In this document: in pieces, positions 19,930 to 30,935 of the stretch
How positions within the stretch are numbered: position 1 is the stretch's first letter
Layout of the letters: every line of letters starts with the position of its first letter
Source of the DNA: an uncultured Verrucomicrobiae bacterium
GTDB lineage: Bacteria > Chlamydiota > Chlamydiia > Chlamydiales > Rhabdochlamydiaceae
NCBI GenBank assembly: GCA_963718565.1
Contig: OY970364.1
Location: forward strand, 96,001 to 160,000
Length of the DNA stretch: 64,000 nt
Direction: 5' to 3'
Notes under the pieces: generated by a model
Told to the model about the DNA's origin: nothing
The model's input: the letters and a program-made list of their open reading frames with translations, nothing else
Databases searched by the model: none
Translations under genes and position numbers: made by a program

Positions 19930-21230
19930 CAGGGCCATTTAACTAAAATGTTTTGACATTTTCGAACAGAAAAATGTTGCCAAAATTCCCTTTAAGTACC
20001 CACCACCGAAAGTTGCTGCGCGCCTTACGGAGGCGAGCCCCCTTTCTGGATCTACAACTGCAGCCATGTTCATAGCCAAACGTCGAAACAACCCCATGTT
20101 CTCCGCACTATTCCCTCTATCCGTCAATGCATAATCCTCTTCAAAAATCACATCAGCTACCCAATGGCATTTGTTTTCTATGCTCCAGTGCTGTCGGGTC
20201 CATTTAGCAAAATCTTTGGCAGATGCTCGACGACTCGAAATATATAGCCGTCTAAATACCTCATTGGCAGTAGATCCAAGTTTTTGCCTCGTGGACCTTA
20301 CTTCGATGAGACAGACTAAGTTTTTCCATTTGCCCGCATTTGGCAACCAGTCCAGGTCCTCGACGACTCGTACTTCTCGAATGTCGATTCGACCATGGCC
20401 TTTATCTACTTCCTGGTGAAACGAATGGGGGACTTCCTCCCATTCGACTGCGTGAGCTTGATCAAAAAAATTCTCCATTTCAGCGCACAGCGTTGGCTGG
20501 TTGTCCTTAACAGCCAGCAGATAATCTGCCTTCGCATCAACGATTTGTTCTGCCGATTCGGCTACGGTGAAATGTGCATCTCCTGAAATAATCGCCCCCT
20601 CTACATTCACTTGCTCCAAAATGATTGGTAACGTGCTCTTTTCGACTGTTTTATTTGGGACCTTTTCCACGGCAAGACATAATCGATCCTCCGCTGCGAA
20701 TAGCTCCACTACGTGTGTGACACCGCCTAGGAAATTTGCGCCTTTCATCCGTTTACCATCGATCGCCAATAGCTGATCGCGCAATGAAGCAGGAATTTTG
20801 CTGAACCATTTTTGCAAGTAGTGCTTGAGCGCACCAGGGGGTGTTTTCACTAAAAACCACCAGAGCGCTCCATGGGAAGGTGCTGAGAGCTCCTCACCTA
20901 GCAGAGAAGAAAACCACTCCTCCTGCAGAGAAACATATTCAGCGATTTCCTCAATCGTATTGCATCCACAAAAGAATCCGCAGAGAATAACAAGAGTCAA
21001 ATACCAAACTGGATATAAGACACGTTTTTGATTACGTCGATAATCAGGGAAATCTGCAAACTCTCCCTTGACGGTTTCCGCGAATACACGGGCATCAAAA
21101 TTCTTACTAGCTTCTAGGATTGTGGCGTCGATTGGCTTACGGCGTGACATAATAGGTCCTCCAAATTTGAGGAATTTATTATGCCATCTTAGCTGATCTG
21201 GTATCAAAAATTTTTAGTTAAATGGCCCTG
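19930..21230 (-). mobile_element. ISAs1-family element
   Basis: IRs CAGGGCCATTTAACTAAAA / TTTTAGTTAAATGGCCCTG. 10-bp target duplication GGATTGAGGG at 19920-19929 and 21231-21240. Confidence 0.96.
19939..21150 (-). CDS. ISAs1 transposase
   Basis: AIDGK, AVKDNQPTL, DKGHGRIDIR, RQHWSIENKCHW..DVIFEED. GGAGG RBS before ATG 21150. Confidence 0.94.
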   Translation of the reverse strand: MSRRKPIDATILEASKNFDARVFAETVKGEFADFPDYRRNQKRVLYPVWYLTLVILCGFFCGCNTIEEIAEYVSLQEEWFSSLLGEELSAPSHGALWWFLVKTPPGALKHYLQKWFSKIPASLRDQLLAIDGKRMKGANFLGGVTHVVELFAAEDRLCLAVEKVPNKTVEKSTLPIILEQVNVEGAIISGDAHFTVAESAEQIVDAKADYLLAVKDNQPTLCAEMENFFDQAHAVEWEEVPHSFHQEVDKGHGRIDIREVRVVEDLDWLPNAGKWKNLVCLIEVRSTRQKLGSTANEVFRRLYISSRRASAKDFAKWTRQHWSIENKCHWVADVIFEEDYALTDRGNSAENMGLFRRLAMNMAAVVDPERGLASVRRAATFGGGYLKGILATFFCSKMSKHFS

Positions 21231-22719
21231 GGATTGAGGGAAATATTTATTATAACGCTAAAAAATCCGGATTAACTGAACCAATTTTATTGGATGATCC
21301 CGAATTTGGCAAACATCATATTCACAATTGTTTTGCTACGAAATATGTTAGTCCAGATGTGGTAGAGGCATTTCATACGACTCCTATAAAGCCACAATTA
21401 TTTCCTGCTATTACCCCACTTCCAGCAAATTATGATCCTCTTCCAGCAAATTATGATCCTCATACAGAAGAAAATTATGATCCTCATACAGAAGAGCTGT
21501 CATTTTACTTACAATTGACACCGGACTTTTATCAGAGAGTTTGGAAAGTAGCGACAGAATTTTCCAGCGAAGAATATGAACCTTGGAAAAATGATCTCCA
21601 AAAGGATCCTAACTTCGGAGAAAAAATATTTAACCAATATCCAGAAATGGACATTGTATTAGTAGCCGCGGTAGAGGAAGCAATGTGGCAAACCATCAAG
21701 TTAATCCCTGAAGCTATCTTCAAAGGAGATTTTGAAAGGGCCAAGCTGGCTTACTCTATATTTGGCCTATTCCCGGTCTTTGGCCTAGTAGATAGAGAAT
21801 GGCAGTTTGCTAGCTCATTGATCGAAGAAAAGATCTGGGAAGTTTGGTCAAAAGAGATGGGACAGAAAACAGCCGATCTTGAATTTGGCAAACATTATCT
21901 TGAAAAATATTTCGAAGAAAAAAAAGATGATCCTATTATTAATGCGGCATTTGAGCTTTTCTTCAAAGAAAGCGGACTGAATCCGGAACCTAATCTCTCT
22001 CGTTATTATAATAAAGATGTAAAAGGTTTGTTCTATGAGATCAAAAACCCGGAAACAAAAGCAGTGTACGGCTACATCCTGGGAACGATTCATATGGCTC
22101 CTATTGAATTCAATAAAATTCGCTATTTGGTAATGGAAAAATTTTTTGCATGCAATGTTGTTTCCCCAGAATTCGACTTAGTAACTTCTGACAATTACGA
22201 GCGTGGTAAAGAGAAATACAAAGATCTAAAGCATAAAACAAAAGTAGGATTCCTAGATTTGGAATTGCTTTTTGCTGCCCATTCGAACAATAAAAAGGTT
22301 GTTTCTTTGGAAACTTTAGATACCCAACGTGCACTTGCAAATACACTTGCGGAAAAGAGTAAGGATCTTGCTGTTATCTTTAAATCTGATCAAGACACTT
22401 TGAGCGATATTGAAAAAGCTCAAAAGGCATTTCATTTGACGATGTGCACTATATGGGCATCCGGCAATGAAGCTCAAATGACTGAGTTTCTTAATGCCGT
22501 GACAGCACAGGCAGCTCTTCATGATGAAAAAATGTTAAAATTCTGGCAGGTATCGAAACAAAGAAATCTACAAATGGCAGATAAAATCCATTCTATGTTA
22601 CAGGATCCGCACCTTCTTCCTTTCTTCATGCCCGGAGCATCTCATTTACTGGATGATCCGATCGCAGGTGATGGAATTATTTCTCTTCTTTGAGAAAAGG
22701 GTTGGAGTATCAACCAAAT

Positions 22720-23019
22720 TTAATTTCCATGAATTAACACGCCAATAACGACAAGCAATGCTCCGATTACTGCAACTAAATTTGAAGCAATCAGGACTTT
22801 ATTTTTTAATAATACCCCATAAACTAACCAACTCGAAACAGAAATAAGTCCAAATAAAAAACCAATAATTGAAATGTCGTTTGCAGACTTTGTTAGAAAT
22901 ATCTTAACTCCCTGACTATAAAATAATAACTGGCCAAGAATTCCGACGACCAACATATATTTTTCGTAACGAATCAAAGCCTTGGGTTTTGATTGAGCTT
23001 CAATAGAATTCTTGTTCAT
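22720..23019 (-). CDS. SemiSWEET/PQ-loop-like small membrane transporter
   Basis: 99 aa, 3 TM; Q..KIFLTKSANDIS...WLVYG...N pattern. Confidence 0.75.
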   Translation of the reverse strand: MNKNSIEAQSKPKALIRYEKYMLVVGILGQLLFYSQGVKIFLTKSANDISIIGFLFGLISVSSWLVYGVLLKNKVLIASNLVAVIGALLVVIGVLIHGN

Positions 23020-23467
23020 GGCTACCTTCCCAATTTTTTTTTACGTTCGTTTTTCTCAAAATATATCTAATGCTATAATAAATGGTTTATTTGATCTAGT
23101 GGGGGCAAGAGGATTGGTGAAAAAACCCGGCCCTTAAGGGCGGGGTCTCTGCCGGAGGACAGACCATTTCCGGCATACCAAGCAAGAATACCCAATAACA
23201 GCATAAAAAAATACTCATATATCGTCCTAGCATTGATAAGCTCTGAAATATTAAATTCAGAAGTCGAGGATTGCAAAAATGGCTGTAAAACGACTACTTC
23301 TTCTTGCCATGAGTCTCTTGACTATGTAGAGCATAAAGAGAATTGTGGAAATTGGAATTGTAAATGTTCTTGGGAAACCTGGGTAGCTATGAAAAGCGGT
23401 GAGTCATATACAGCTCCAATCAAAGAGACGGGCAAGCCAAAAACCAACTTTTAAATCACTTCCGGTA

Positions 23468-23638
23468 TATACCGCGCTCCGTTAGGTTTTGTGAATTTGG
23501 ACTGGCTGCGGCTTTGCCCAATCAATCCTCTTCCCCAGTCATAGTTTTCACTATGGCTTCGTCATTCGGACCGCAAGCTTCGATTGTGCTTTGCCTCGCT
23601 CTAGTCCAAATTCACAAAACCTTCCTGCGCGCGGTATA
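23468..23638. repeat. Family B MITE-like palindromic element (171 bp)
   Basis: TIRs TATACCGCGC..AGGTTTTGTGAATTTGGACT / AGTCCAAATTCACAAAACCT..GCGCGGTATA. Partial copies at 46758 and 19262. Confidence 0.9.
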
Positions 23639-24442
23639 CTAGCGAACGAGCGTGTCCCAATAATCCCGCATCTTTTTAGAGAGATGCTTTTTTACTGATT
23701 TCAAATTAATGTCAGATTGGGGGCCTTCTGTGTCTATAAATGCGAATTTCCCATGTTTTGTAAACGGAACATTGCGGGTCAAGTGGAGCACACTTCTACC
23801 CCCATAGCCATGCTTTATAATAGAATATAATTCATCTAGATGTTTGCGTTTAATGCCCTTCTTCCACATCTGTTCTGTTTCTTCATCACTGACAAGTGCC
23901 ATATCCGTTTCCACCAGAATAACAGACTGAGGGTTCAAGGAGCTGGAATAAGGATAAACGGGAAGAACAAACAACCATTTGTCCGGGACTGAAAAATAGC
24001 GAATGTTTTTGTGCTTAATCACCTTTCTTATCTTTTGTGCTTCAGCACAACGGCTTGCCAGCCATACCCAATGGGGGAGTTGATTACGAGAACGTTTTTC
24101 TGTGTCAAGGTGCAGTTTAAACACATAACCTGGAATCGCTGGATGCCGAGCAACGATAACAAAGCTATTAGGCAAGGGCGGAGCAATCACTTCGAATCCC
24201 GCATCGGCAAACGTTCTGTCATTTTCAAGAACCCTTGACTGTGAAAAAATGAAATCAAGAGTTGCCTTTATTGGATGCTCAAGTGGAATAAGATGATGAG
24301 CGATCTTTAAACGCATGGGGTTAGTCAGTAACGGATTATCATGAAAGTTTGGATAGTTCTCCGGTACATAGCCAATGACAGGAATGGCAAAACAATTCGC
24401 ACTTAAAATTAATAAGAGAAAAAATTTGCTGTAACGCTTCAT
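23639..24442 (-). CDS. Hypothetical exported protein
   Basis: 267 aa ORF with signal-peptide-like N-terminus; weak kinase-like pattern (YVFK, N, FIDTE). Confidence 0.7.
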   Translation of the reverse strand: MKRYSKFFLLLILSANCFAIPVIGYVPENYPNFHDNPLLTNPMRLKIAHHLIPLEHPIKATLDFIFSQSRVLENDRTFADAGFEVIAPPLPNSFVIVARHPAIPGYVFKLHLDTEKRSRNQLPHWVWLASRCAEAQKIRKVIKHKNIRYFSVPDKWLFVLPVYPYSSSLNPQSVILVETDMALVSDEETEQMWKKGIKRKHLDELYSIIKHGYGGRSVLHLTRNVPFTKHGKFAFIDTEGPQSDINLKSVKKHLSKKMRDYWDTLVR

Positions 24443-24673
24443 TAAAACGCTTGAGGGTAAGACGTGCTTTCGGTGTTGATTTGTAAAGAAAATATAAATT
24501 TAATTCAAGGATTTGTGTAGCCAGAAATTTGGAGTTCAGACTTTTCTCTCGAATATTTCCCTGCGAAAATTTCAATAAGCTTTGCCATTTATTAAGATTT
24601 TTTATATGCGTATACAAAAGTTGCGCACGGCTTATAGCCATCGCAACGCGTTAATTTTTTATAAAAATAAGGA

Positions 24674-26275
24674 ATGGATATGAAAACTAAAAATTATTCA
24701 AAAACTTTAGACATGCATGATTATAACATAGTTCCTGAGATGAATTTTATTAATCATATTAAGGGTAAATTTAGTGGAACCTTTCGGGCTTGTCATGAGC
24801 ACCGCAACTGGGAGTATGGCTTATGCTTAAATGCTCTTAGGGCAAACGGAGCTTTAAAAATTCTGGAAATCGGCGGCACTGGTTCTGTTTTCGCAGCTAG
24901 TGCTGCAGCGTTAGGGATGGAAGTTACAGTGGTTGATCCTGATGGGGAAGGAGCTGGCTTATTTGATCGACAAAACCTGCTGCTGGGTCGTTCAGCTATT
25001 GACTTTAAACAGTTAGACTTTTTTCAGTATTACACTCTGAAAAAATTTGATGCGGTTGTCTGTATTAGCACTCTAGAACATGTGCCCGATGATGAAAATT
25101 TTTTCAGACGGCTTTTGGGACTGATCAAAGAAGGAGGCTTGTTGTATTTGACTATGGACTTTCATCCCAGCGGGCAAAGATTTGTCGATGGCCATCTTCG
25201 GACCTATCACCAAGAGCAGCTGTTGGCTTTGATTGCTATAGCACGAGAATATGGGTTTGAGCCTTATGGAGGGATTCCAGATTACTCATGGAGAGGAGAA
25301 GCTGTCGGTCAGTATACTTTTGCATCCCTTGTCCTGCAAAGAAAGAAAAGGCAAGAAACTCCTGTGGTTTTGTTCATCAATCACAAAGCAGAGCAGTGCG
25401 GCGTATACCAATATGGAAAAAGAGCAGCTAATATCTTAAAACGCTCTCAAAAATGTCGTTTTGTCTATGTCGAAGTAGATTCAGCAGAAGAGTATTGGCA
25501 AAAACTTTCCCAATATCGACCAAGCGGAATCATTTATAATTATCATCCTTTCACGATGAAATGGATAGACTCTATGATTCTTGCCCACAATCGCAAGAAG
25601 GGTATTTTTAATCTTGCTTTGTTTCACGATCTTTCCGTTGGCAGTTTTGATTGTTATATTAACCTTGATCCCGATTTTCCTGAAAATTCGATTTGTTTTT
25701 CGACTCCACGTCCTTTATTTGACTACGAGAACACACATGTCAATCCCCAAATCCCGGTCATCAACTGTTTCGGACTCAATTGGCAAGGTAAACAGCATCC
25801 AGAACTAGCGCGGTTAGTGAATCATGAATTTGATCATGCAGTTTTGAATTTTCATCTTCCAATGAGTCCTTTCGGTTTTAGCAAAGACAAGATTGAAGAG
25901 ACCGTCAATGCTTGCCGCAGCGCGATCACAAAGAAGGGCATTCAAGTCAATTTTACGCATCATTTTATGTCTGAAGAGGAACTGCTCGATTTCTTGGGAA
26001 AAGGCAGCTTGAATGCTTTCCTCTACGATGAACTGAATGGACATGGATGTGCGAGCACCATCGATTATGCATTATCAGTAAAGAGGCCGATTGCAATCAA
26101 CAAGAGCTTTATGTTTAGACATATTCGCGATGCAAAACCTAGCATTTGCATTGAGGATCGGAGCTTAAAAGAGATCATGGCGGCAGGTTTTGCTCCTTTG
26201 GAACCTTATTATGAAAAATGGAAATCAGATCGGTTTTTGCAATCTTACGAAAACGTGGTGGAAACTCTTTTGTAA
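24674..26275 (+). CDS. Class I SAM methyltransferase fused to a GT-B-like domain
   Basis: ILEIGGTGS and FDAVVCISTLEHV. The C-terminal half (CGVYQYG...STIDYALSVKRPI) is glycosyltransferase-like. Confidence 0.75.
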   Translation: MDMKTKNYSKTLDMHDYNIVPEMNFINHIKGKFSGTFRACHEHRNWEYGLCLNALRANGALKILEIGGTGSVFAASAAALGMEVTVVDPDGEGAGLFDRQNLLLGRSAIDFKQLDFFQYYTLKKFDAVVCISTLEHVPDDENFFRRLLGLIKEGGLLYLTMDFHPSGQRFVDGHLRTYHQEQLLALIAIAREYGFEPYGGIPDYSWRGEAVGQYTFASLVLQRKKRQETPVVLFINHKAEQCGVYQYGKRAANILKRSQKCRFVYVEVDSAEEYWQKLSQYRPSGIIYNYHPFTMKWIDSMILAHNRKKGIFNLALFHDLSVGSFDCYINLDPDFPENSICFSTPRPLFDYENTHVNPQIPVINCFGLNWQGKQHPELARLVNHEFDHAVLNFHLPMSPFGFSKDKIEETVNACRSAITKKGIQVNFTHHFMSEEELLDFLGKGSLNAFLYDELNGHGCASTIDYALSVKRPIAINKSFMFRHIRDAKPSICIEDRSLKEIMAAGFAPLEPYYEKWKSDRFLQSYENVVETLL

Positions 26276-26284
26276 CCTGAATAT

Positions 26285-27112
26285 ATGAAAGCCAGAACTA
26301 AAAATAAAAAAAATGGAAACTTATTTATGAATCTACATAAAAAAAATCATACGTTTTGTTCTAACAGTGTTGATGGTTCGCAAGAATTAGAATATTACAT
26401 CAATACATTCCCACAAGAAGAGTACATTGTTTGCGAAGTTCCAAAGCAAGGTAAATTTTACGTCGAACCCCGCAGAAAAGATCACGTGAAAGACATTTTG
26501 AAAACTGGACAGGCTTGGGAACCTCATATTCTTGAGAAAATTGAGCAATATGTTAAGCCTGGCACAATAGTACTTGATATAGGCGCCCATATCGGCACAT
26601 TTACAATCCCATTGGCAAAAGCAGTAGGAGAAAGTGGAACGGTATATGCTTTTGAGCCGCAACGCAAAATTTTTAGAGAACTCATAAAAAACTGCGCATT
26701 AAATGGCTTTCAGAATGTCATTTGTCAGCGTCTTGCTATTGGTGATCAACACCAAGTGATTGAAATGGATAAAGAGACATATCCTGGAAGTGAGGGCAGT
26801 ACAGGTATTGGCTATGGTGGAGATGCGGCTGAAATGAGAACCATTGATAGCTTTGGTTTTAAAAATGTGTCATTTGTAAAAATTGATGTAGAACGCTCAG
26901 AAAACCAGGTCCTCGATGGAATGGTTCTTACCATCCAGAACAATAAACCAATTATCATTATTGAACTGCAAGGTGGTTATTGTTGGGAAACTGCTCCAAC
27001 ACATATCAGACAAAAAATGCAAGATTCCATCGACAAACTGACCACATTAGGATATGTAGTTACACGACTTTATCTACATGACTTTTTAGCCATGCCAGCA
27101 GGTATTCATTAG
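26285..27112 (+). CDS. FkbM family methyltransferase
   Basis: VLDIGAHIG, VYAFEP, FVKIDVE, PIIIIE. Confidence 0.9.
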   Translation: MKARTKNKKNGNLFMNLHKKNHTFCSNSVDGSQELEYYINTFPQEEYIVCEVPKQGKFYVEPRRKDHVKDILKTGQAWEPHILEKIEQYVKPGTIVLDIGAHIGTFTIPLAKAVGESGTVYAFEPQRKIFRELIKNCALNGFQNVICQRLAIGDQHQVIEMDKETYPGSEGSTGIGYGGDAAEMRTIDSFGFKNVSFVKIDVERSENQVLDGMVLTIQNNKPIIIIELQGGYCWETAPTHIRQKMQDSIDKLTTLGYVVTRLYLHDFLAMPAGIH

Positions 27113-27259
27113 ACGCATTTGATTTACACCCAGTCAAATACAGAAGATTTATTTAAGTATAAAGATTATTATTTCGGTACTCATTGAATGGACTTTAAAT
27201 ACGCATTTTGCAGATGTCTTACCTGGAGTCACTGAAGTTGTTTGGGAAAAGCAGCGCAT

Positions 27260-27441
27260 CATCGGTTATGGCATCGGCCCCTTTAGCTCAAGGCGGGGTT
27301 GTCGATTCGAGCGGTAGAGTTTATGGAGTGAATCACCTGATCGTTGCAGACAATTCCATCGTTCCCTCTCCTATCGATGGAAGCCCTATGACATCGGCTT
27401 ACCTGATTGCTGCTAACATTGCTCGCATTTTAGGGTATTGA
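27260..27441 (+). pseudogene. GMC oxidoreductase C-terminal fragment
   Basis: MASAPLAQGGVVDSSGRVYGVNHLIVADNSIVP parallels the C-terminus at 48598-48846. Confidence 0.75.
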
Positions 27442-28425
27442 AGAGATTTCCAAAACGGCAGCCCCTTGAATCTTACTGTTCTTGAAGTCATCCAAGGCTT
27501 CATTCGCTTTTTCCAGAGGATAAGTAGTCACTGAGGTGTGAATAGGATGCTTTGCTAGGACCGCAAAAAACTCTTTTGCATCATTGCGAGTTAAATTGGC
27601 AACGGATTGAAGCACTTTTTCTCCCCAAAGGAGACTATAAGGAAAAGAGGGGATATCACTCATATGAATGCCCCCGCAAATACAGCGCCCACCTTTTTTT
27701 AAGGCTTGGAGTGCAATAGGGACGAGTTCACCCACTGGAGCAAAGACAATAGCTGCGTCGAGAAGAACGGGGGGAGGCGTTTTGGAACTGCCAGCCCAAA
27801 CAGCTCCTAATTGTTTTGCAAATTCTTGCCCTGGTGTATCTCCTTCACGAGTAAAAGCGTAGACTTCTTTACTCTCGTGGACTGCTATTTGGATGATGAT
27901 ATGAGCGGCCACTCCAAATCCATAGAGGCCCAATGTTTTTTTAGGAGCAGCCTTGCGATAAGCGCGGAATCCGATCAAACCTGCGCAGATGAGAGGAGCC
28001 ATATGCGGATCGCTAATTCCTGGAGGAAGGGGAATAGCAAAATCTGCTTTACAGGTAGTGTATTCTGCATATCCCCCATCCACTTGATAACCTGTAAAGT
28101 GAGCATTGTCGCATAAATTTTCCTGCCCTTGTTTGCAATATTCGCAATGATCACAGCTTTTCCCAAGCCAGGGCACTCCGACGCGATCTCCCGTCTTAAA
28201 TCCTTTGACATTCTTGCCGATCTCCGCAACTTCTCCGACAATTTCGTGGCCTAAAATCAGGGGGAGTTTTGGATGGGGAAGATCGCCCTCTTTGAGGTGT
28301 AAATCGGTGCGGCAAACTCCGCAAACCTTGACTTTGATGAGGAGTTCATCTTCTTTAGGTTTTGGTTTTAAAACATCTTCTTGAACAAGCGGTTTTTTCT
28401 GTTCTTTGAGGAGCATTGCGCGCAT
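27430..28425 (-). CDS. Zinc-dependent alcohol dehydrogenase
   Basis: CGVCRTDLH, GHEIVG, C..C..C.......C, APLICAG. Confidence 0.93.
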   Translation of the reverse strand: MRAMLLKEQKKPLVQEDVLKPKPKEDELLIKVKVCGVCRTDLHLKEGDLPHPKLPLILGHEIVGEVAEIGKNVKGFKTGDRVGVPWLGKSCDHCEYCKQGQENLCDNAHFTGYQVDGGYAEYTTCKADFAIPLPPGISDPHMAPLICAGLIGFRAYRKAAPKKTLGLYGFGVAAHIIIQIAVHESKEVYAFTREGDTPGQEFAKQLGAVWAGSSKTPPPVLLDAAIVFAPVGELVPIALQALKKGGRCICGGIHMSDIPSFPYSLLWGEKVLQSVANLTRNDAKEFFAVLAKHPIHTSVTTYPLEKANEALDDFKNSKIQGAAVLEISSIP

Positions 28426-28558
28426 GGATATGTATTCCTCCGATATATATCACTCTGTTTATATTAAAATTTGGTTTCCTTACCATAGTGAAAATTGGCT
28501 TCCATTGCTCTTAGTTGATGGGGTATCATAAATACGAACAATCAACGATTTAAAAAAT

Positions 28559-30157
28559 ATGAATGATCCATCTTCTATCCGAGAAGCTGTTGCAAAACGG
28601 CGCACTTTTGCCATTATCAGCCACCCGGATGCCGGAAAAACAACGCTGACGGAAAAACTTCTGCTCTATTCTGGAATGATCCATACTGCCGGAATGGTCA
28701 AAGGACGAAAGGGGAGAAAAGCAGCTGCCTCAGATTGGATGGCCATGGAGCAGGAAAGGGGGATCTCGATCACCTCGTCTGCAATGCAGTTCACTTACAA
28801 AGATACGGTTATCAATGTTTTGGACACACCTGGCCACGAAGACTTTTCTGAAGACACCTATCGGACCTTGACTGCCGCTGATTGTGCGATCATGGTGATC
28901 GATGCTTCCAAAGGCGTAGAAAAACAGACCCGAAAACTATTTGAAGTTTGTCGCTTGAGGAAAATTCCAGTCATGACGTTCATCAATAAGATGGATATGC
29001 CCGGGCGCGATCCCCTCGAGCTCATGAATGAAGTGGAAAATGTTCTAAACATTCATTCTTATGCAATGAACTGGCCTTTGGGAACAGGCAAAGAGTTCCA
29101 GGGAATTGTGGATCGAGCAAGCCAAGAGTGTATTTTTTTTACCAAGACCTCCATCGGCGGCGCTCAAAAAGCAGAGATGACGCGGCTTCCTTTAAAAAGT
29201 CAGGAAGTTAAAAATCGGATCGGTGAGGAGAGGTACAACAAATTATTGGAAGAATTGGATCTATTGGAAATGGCGGGAAACCCTTTTTCCAAGGATGCAT
29301 TTCTTTTTGGTGAAGTCACCCCCGTTTTCTTTGCATCAGCCCTTACAAATTTTGGAGTCGAGCCTTTTTTTGACGCGTTTATTCACTTAGCACCATGTCC
29401 ACATGTAAGGTCAGCGATTTTATCCGATGGGGCGGAAATCGAAATCGATCCAGTGACGACGCCTTTTAGCGGATATGTTTTCAAGCTTCAAGCAAATATG
29501 GACCGGCGCCATCGCGACAGCATGGCCTTTATCCGAATCTGTTCAGGATGTTTTGAACGCGATCTCGTTGTTAAGAACCATCGCTCCGGCCGAGAAATCC
29601 GATTATCGCGTCCTCATGGAATGGTGGCAGGCGAACGGACGACATTGGACTATGCTTATCCTGGGGATGTGATCGGCGTGATCAATCCTTCTTTATTTGC
29701 CATCGGCGATACGCTCTCACTTTTAGGTGGATTCAATTTTAAGCCGCTCCCTCAATTTCAGCCTGAGATTTTTGCACGACTTCATCCTAAGGACGTCGGT
29801 AAACGAAAGTCCTTCGATAAAGGCATTTTACAACTGAGTGATGAGGGCGCGATTCAATTGCTCAAATCTTACGAGCGAGAAGGGGAACTTATTTTTGCAG
29901 CTGTTGGGCAATTGCAGTTTGAGGTGATGCAATACCGCTTGAAAGACGAATATGGTGTGGAGACGGTTCTCTCTCCTCTTCCTTTCCAATGCAGTGCCTG
30001 GATTTTAGGAGATATCAAAACGTTTAACAAATCGACAAGCTCGATGCTTGTCCAAGATCGGCAAGGAAGGCCAATGGCCTTGTTTACAAGCCAGTGGGAA
30101 AAACAATATAGCATTAGAGAAAATCCGCAATTGCAATTTGTCGATGTCCTTGTTTAG
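28559..30157 (+). CDS. prfC: Peptide chain release factor 3
   Basis: RRTFAIISHPDAGKTTLTEK, SDWMAMEQERGIS, DTPGHEDFSEDTYR. Confidence 0.97.
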   Translation: MNDPSSIREAVAKRRTFAIISHPDAGKTTLTEKLLLYSGMIHTAGMVKGRKGRKAAASDWMAMEQERGISITSSAMQFTYKDTVINVLDTPGHEDFSEDTYRTLTAADCAIMVIDASKGVEKQTRKLFEVCRLRKIPVMTFINKMDMPGRDPLELMNEVENVLNIHSYAMNWPLGTGKEFQGIVDRASQECIFFTKTSIGGAQKAEMTRLPLKSQEVKNRIGEERYNKLLEELDLLEMAGNPFSKDAFLFGEVTPVFFASALTNFGVEPFFDAFIHLAPCPHVRSAILSDGAEIEIDPVTTPFSGYVFKLQANMDRRHRDSMAFIRICSGCFERDLVVKNHRSGREIRLSRPHGMVAGERTTLDYAYPGDVIGVINPSLFAIGDTLSLLGGFNFKPLPQFQPEIFARLHPKDVGKRKSFDKGILQLSDEGAIQLLKSYEREGELIFAAVGQLQFEVMQYRLKDEYGVETVLSPLPFQCSAWILGDIKTFNKSTSSMLVQDRQGRPMALFTSQWEKQYSIRENPQLQFVDVLV

Positions 30158-30194
30158 AATGGCGTAATCATTGGGATAATTTTAAGGTGTCACC

Positions 30195-30935
30195 ATGAAA
30201 AACCATGCTTGCAGCAAGTTGATCTCACTTTTTCTTAACTCCACTTTAAGCCTATGGCTTTTATTGTGTTTTGCATACAGACCAGCACCTCTGTGTTCTC
30301 TGACATTTTCGGCGGATTGGGATACTTACCAAGGAGAAGTGTTAAAAGAAAAACCCAGTTTTCCAGGGTGGTGCCCCGATGATAAAGCCCAACATATCAT
30401 GAATCTTCTGCTTACCAATCACTCTAAAGTCTGTGTAGAATTGGGAGTGTTTGGAGGAAGTTCTTTCTTCCCTACGGCTGCCGCACTAGCCTATAAAAAA
30501 CAAGGCATTGTCTACGCAATCGACCCATGGAATAACGAGGCTTGTTTGGAAGGATACGAAGAAAAGAATGACGATCATTACAAATACTGGAGTACTGTTA
30601 ATCTAAGCAAGATCATGAACATGTTTGTTGAAGGCATGCACAAAAATGGCTTAGATGCCACTTATTGCATTATGCGCATGTCTTCCGCACAAGCTTATCT
30701 TCATTTTGATGATCAGTCTATCGACTTTATCCACATTGATGGAAATCATTCGGAGCAATCGGCCGTTTTCGATGTAGAACATTGGCTTCCCAAAGTCAAA
30801 AAGGGAGGAATCATTTGTTTTGATGATGCTTGGTGGAAATCGACACAGCCGGCAATCAAAATCATGTTAAAGGAATGTGATATGATGGAAGAATCGAGTC
30901 CGAAATGGCAGTACATTTTCTTGCGCAAACGATAA
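30195..30935 (+). CDS. Class I SAM methyltransferase (Methyltransf_24-like) with signal peptide
   Basis: VELGVFGGSS, YAIDPW, IDFIHIDGNH, GGIICFDD. Confidence 0.85.
   Translation: MKNHACSKLISLFLNSTLSLWLLLCFAYRPAPLCSLTFSADWDTYQGEVLKEKPSFPGWCPDDKAQHIMNLLLTNHSKVCVELGVFGGSSFFPTAAALAYKKQGIVYAIDPWNNEACLEGYEEKNDDHYKYWSTVNLSKIMNMFVEGMHKNGLDATYCIMRMSSAQAYLHFDDQSIDFIHIDGNHSEQSAVFDVEHWLPKVKKGGIICFDDAWWKSTQPAIKIMLKECDMMEESSPKWQYIFLRKR

Larger units (their letters stand above)
19445..22693 (+). pseudogene. Repeat-containing protein with C-terminal TraB/GumN (TIKI-like) domain, split by ISAs1
   Basis: The frame is continuous once the IS is removed (IQDRIEG-NIYYNAK). Three EFGKH(Y/H) repeats; YILGTIHM, LET, RN.QM, GASHL motifs. 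Confidence 0.8.

Noticed and set aside
22691..22693. Selenocysteine or programmed read-through at TGA
   Set aside because: The position is not a catalytic Cys site, no SECIS-like hairpin is evident, and the gene is already IS-disrupted.
23073..23454. Small ORFs 23073-23276 and 23233-23454
   Set aside because: No clear start signals or motifs; probably gene debris.
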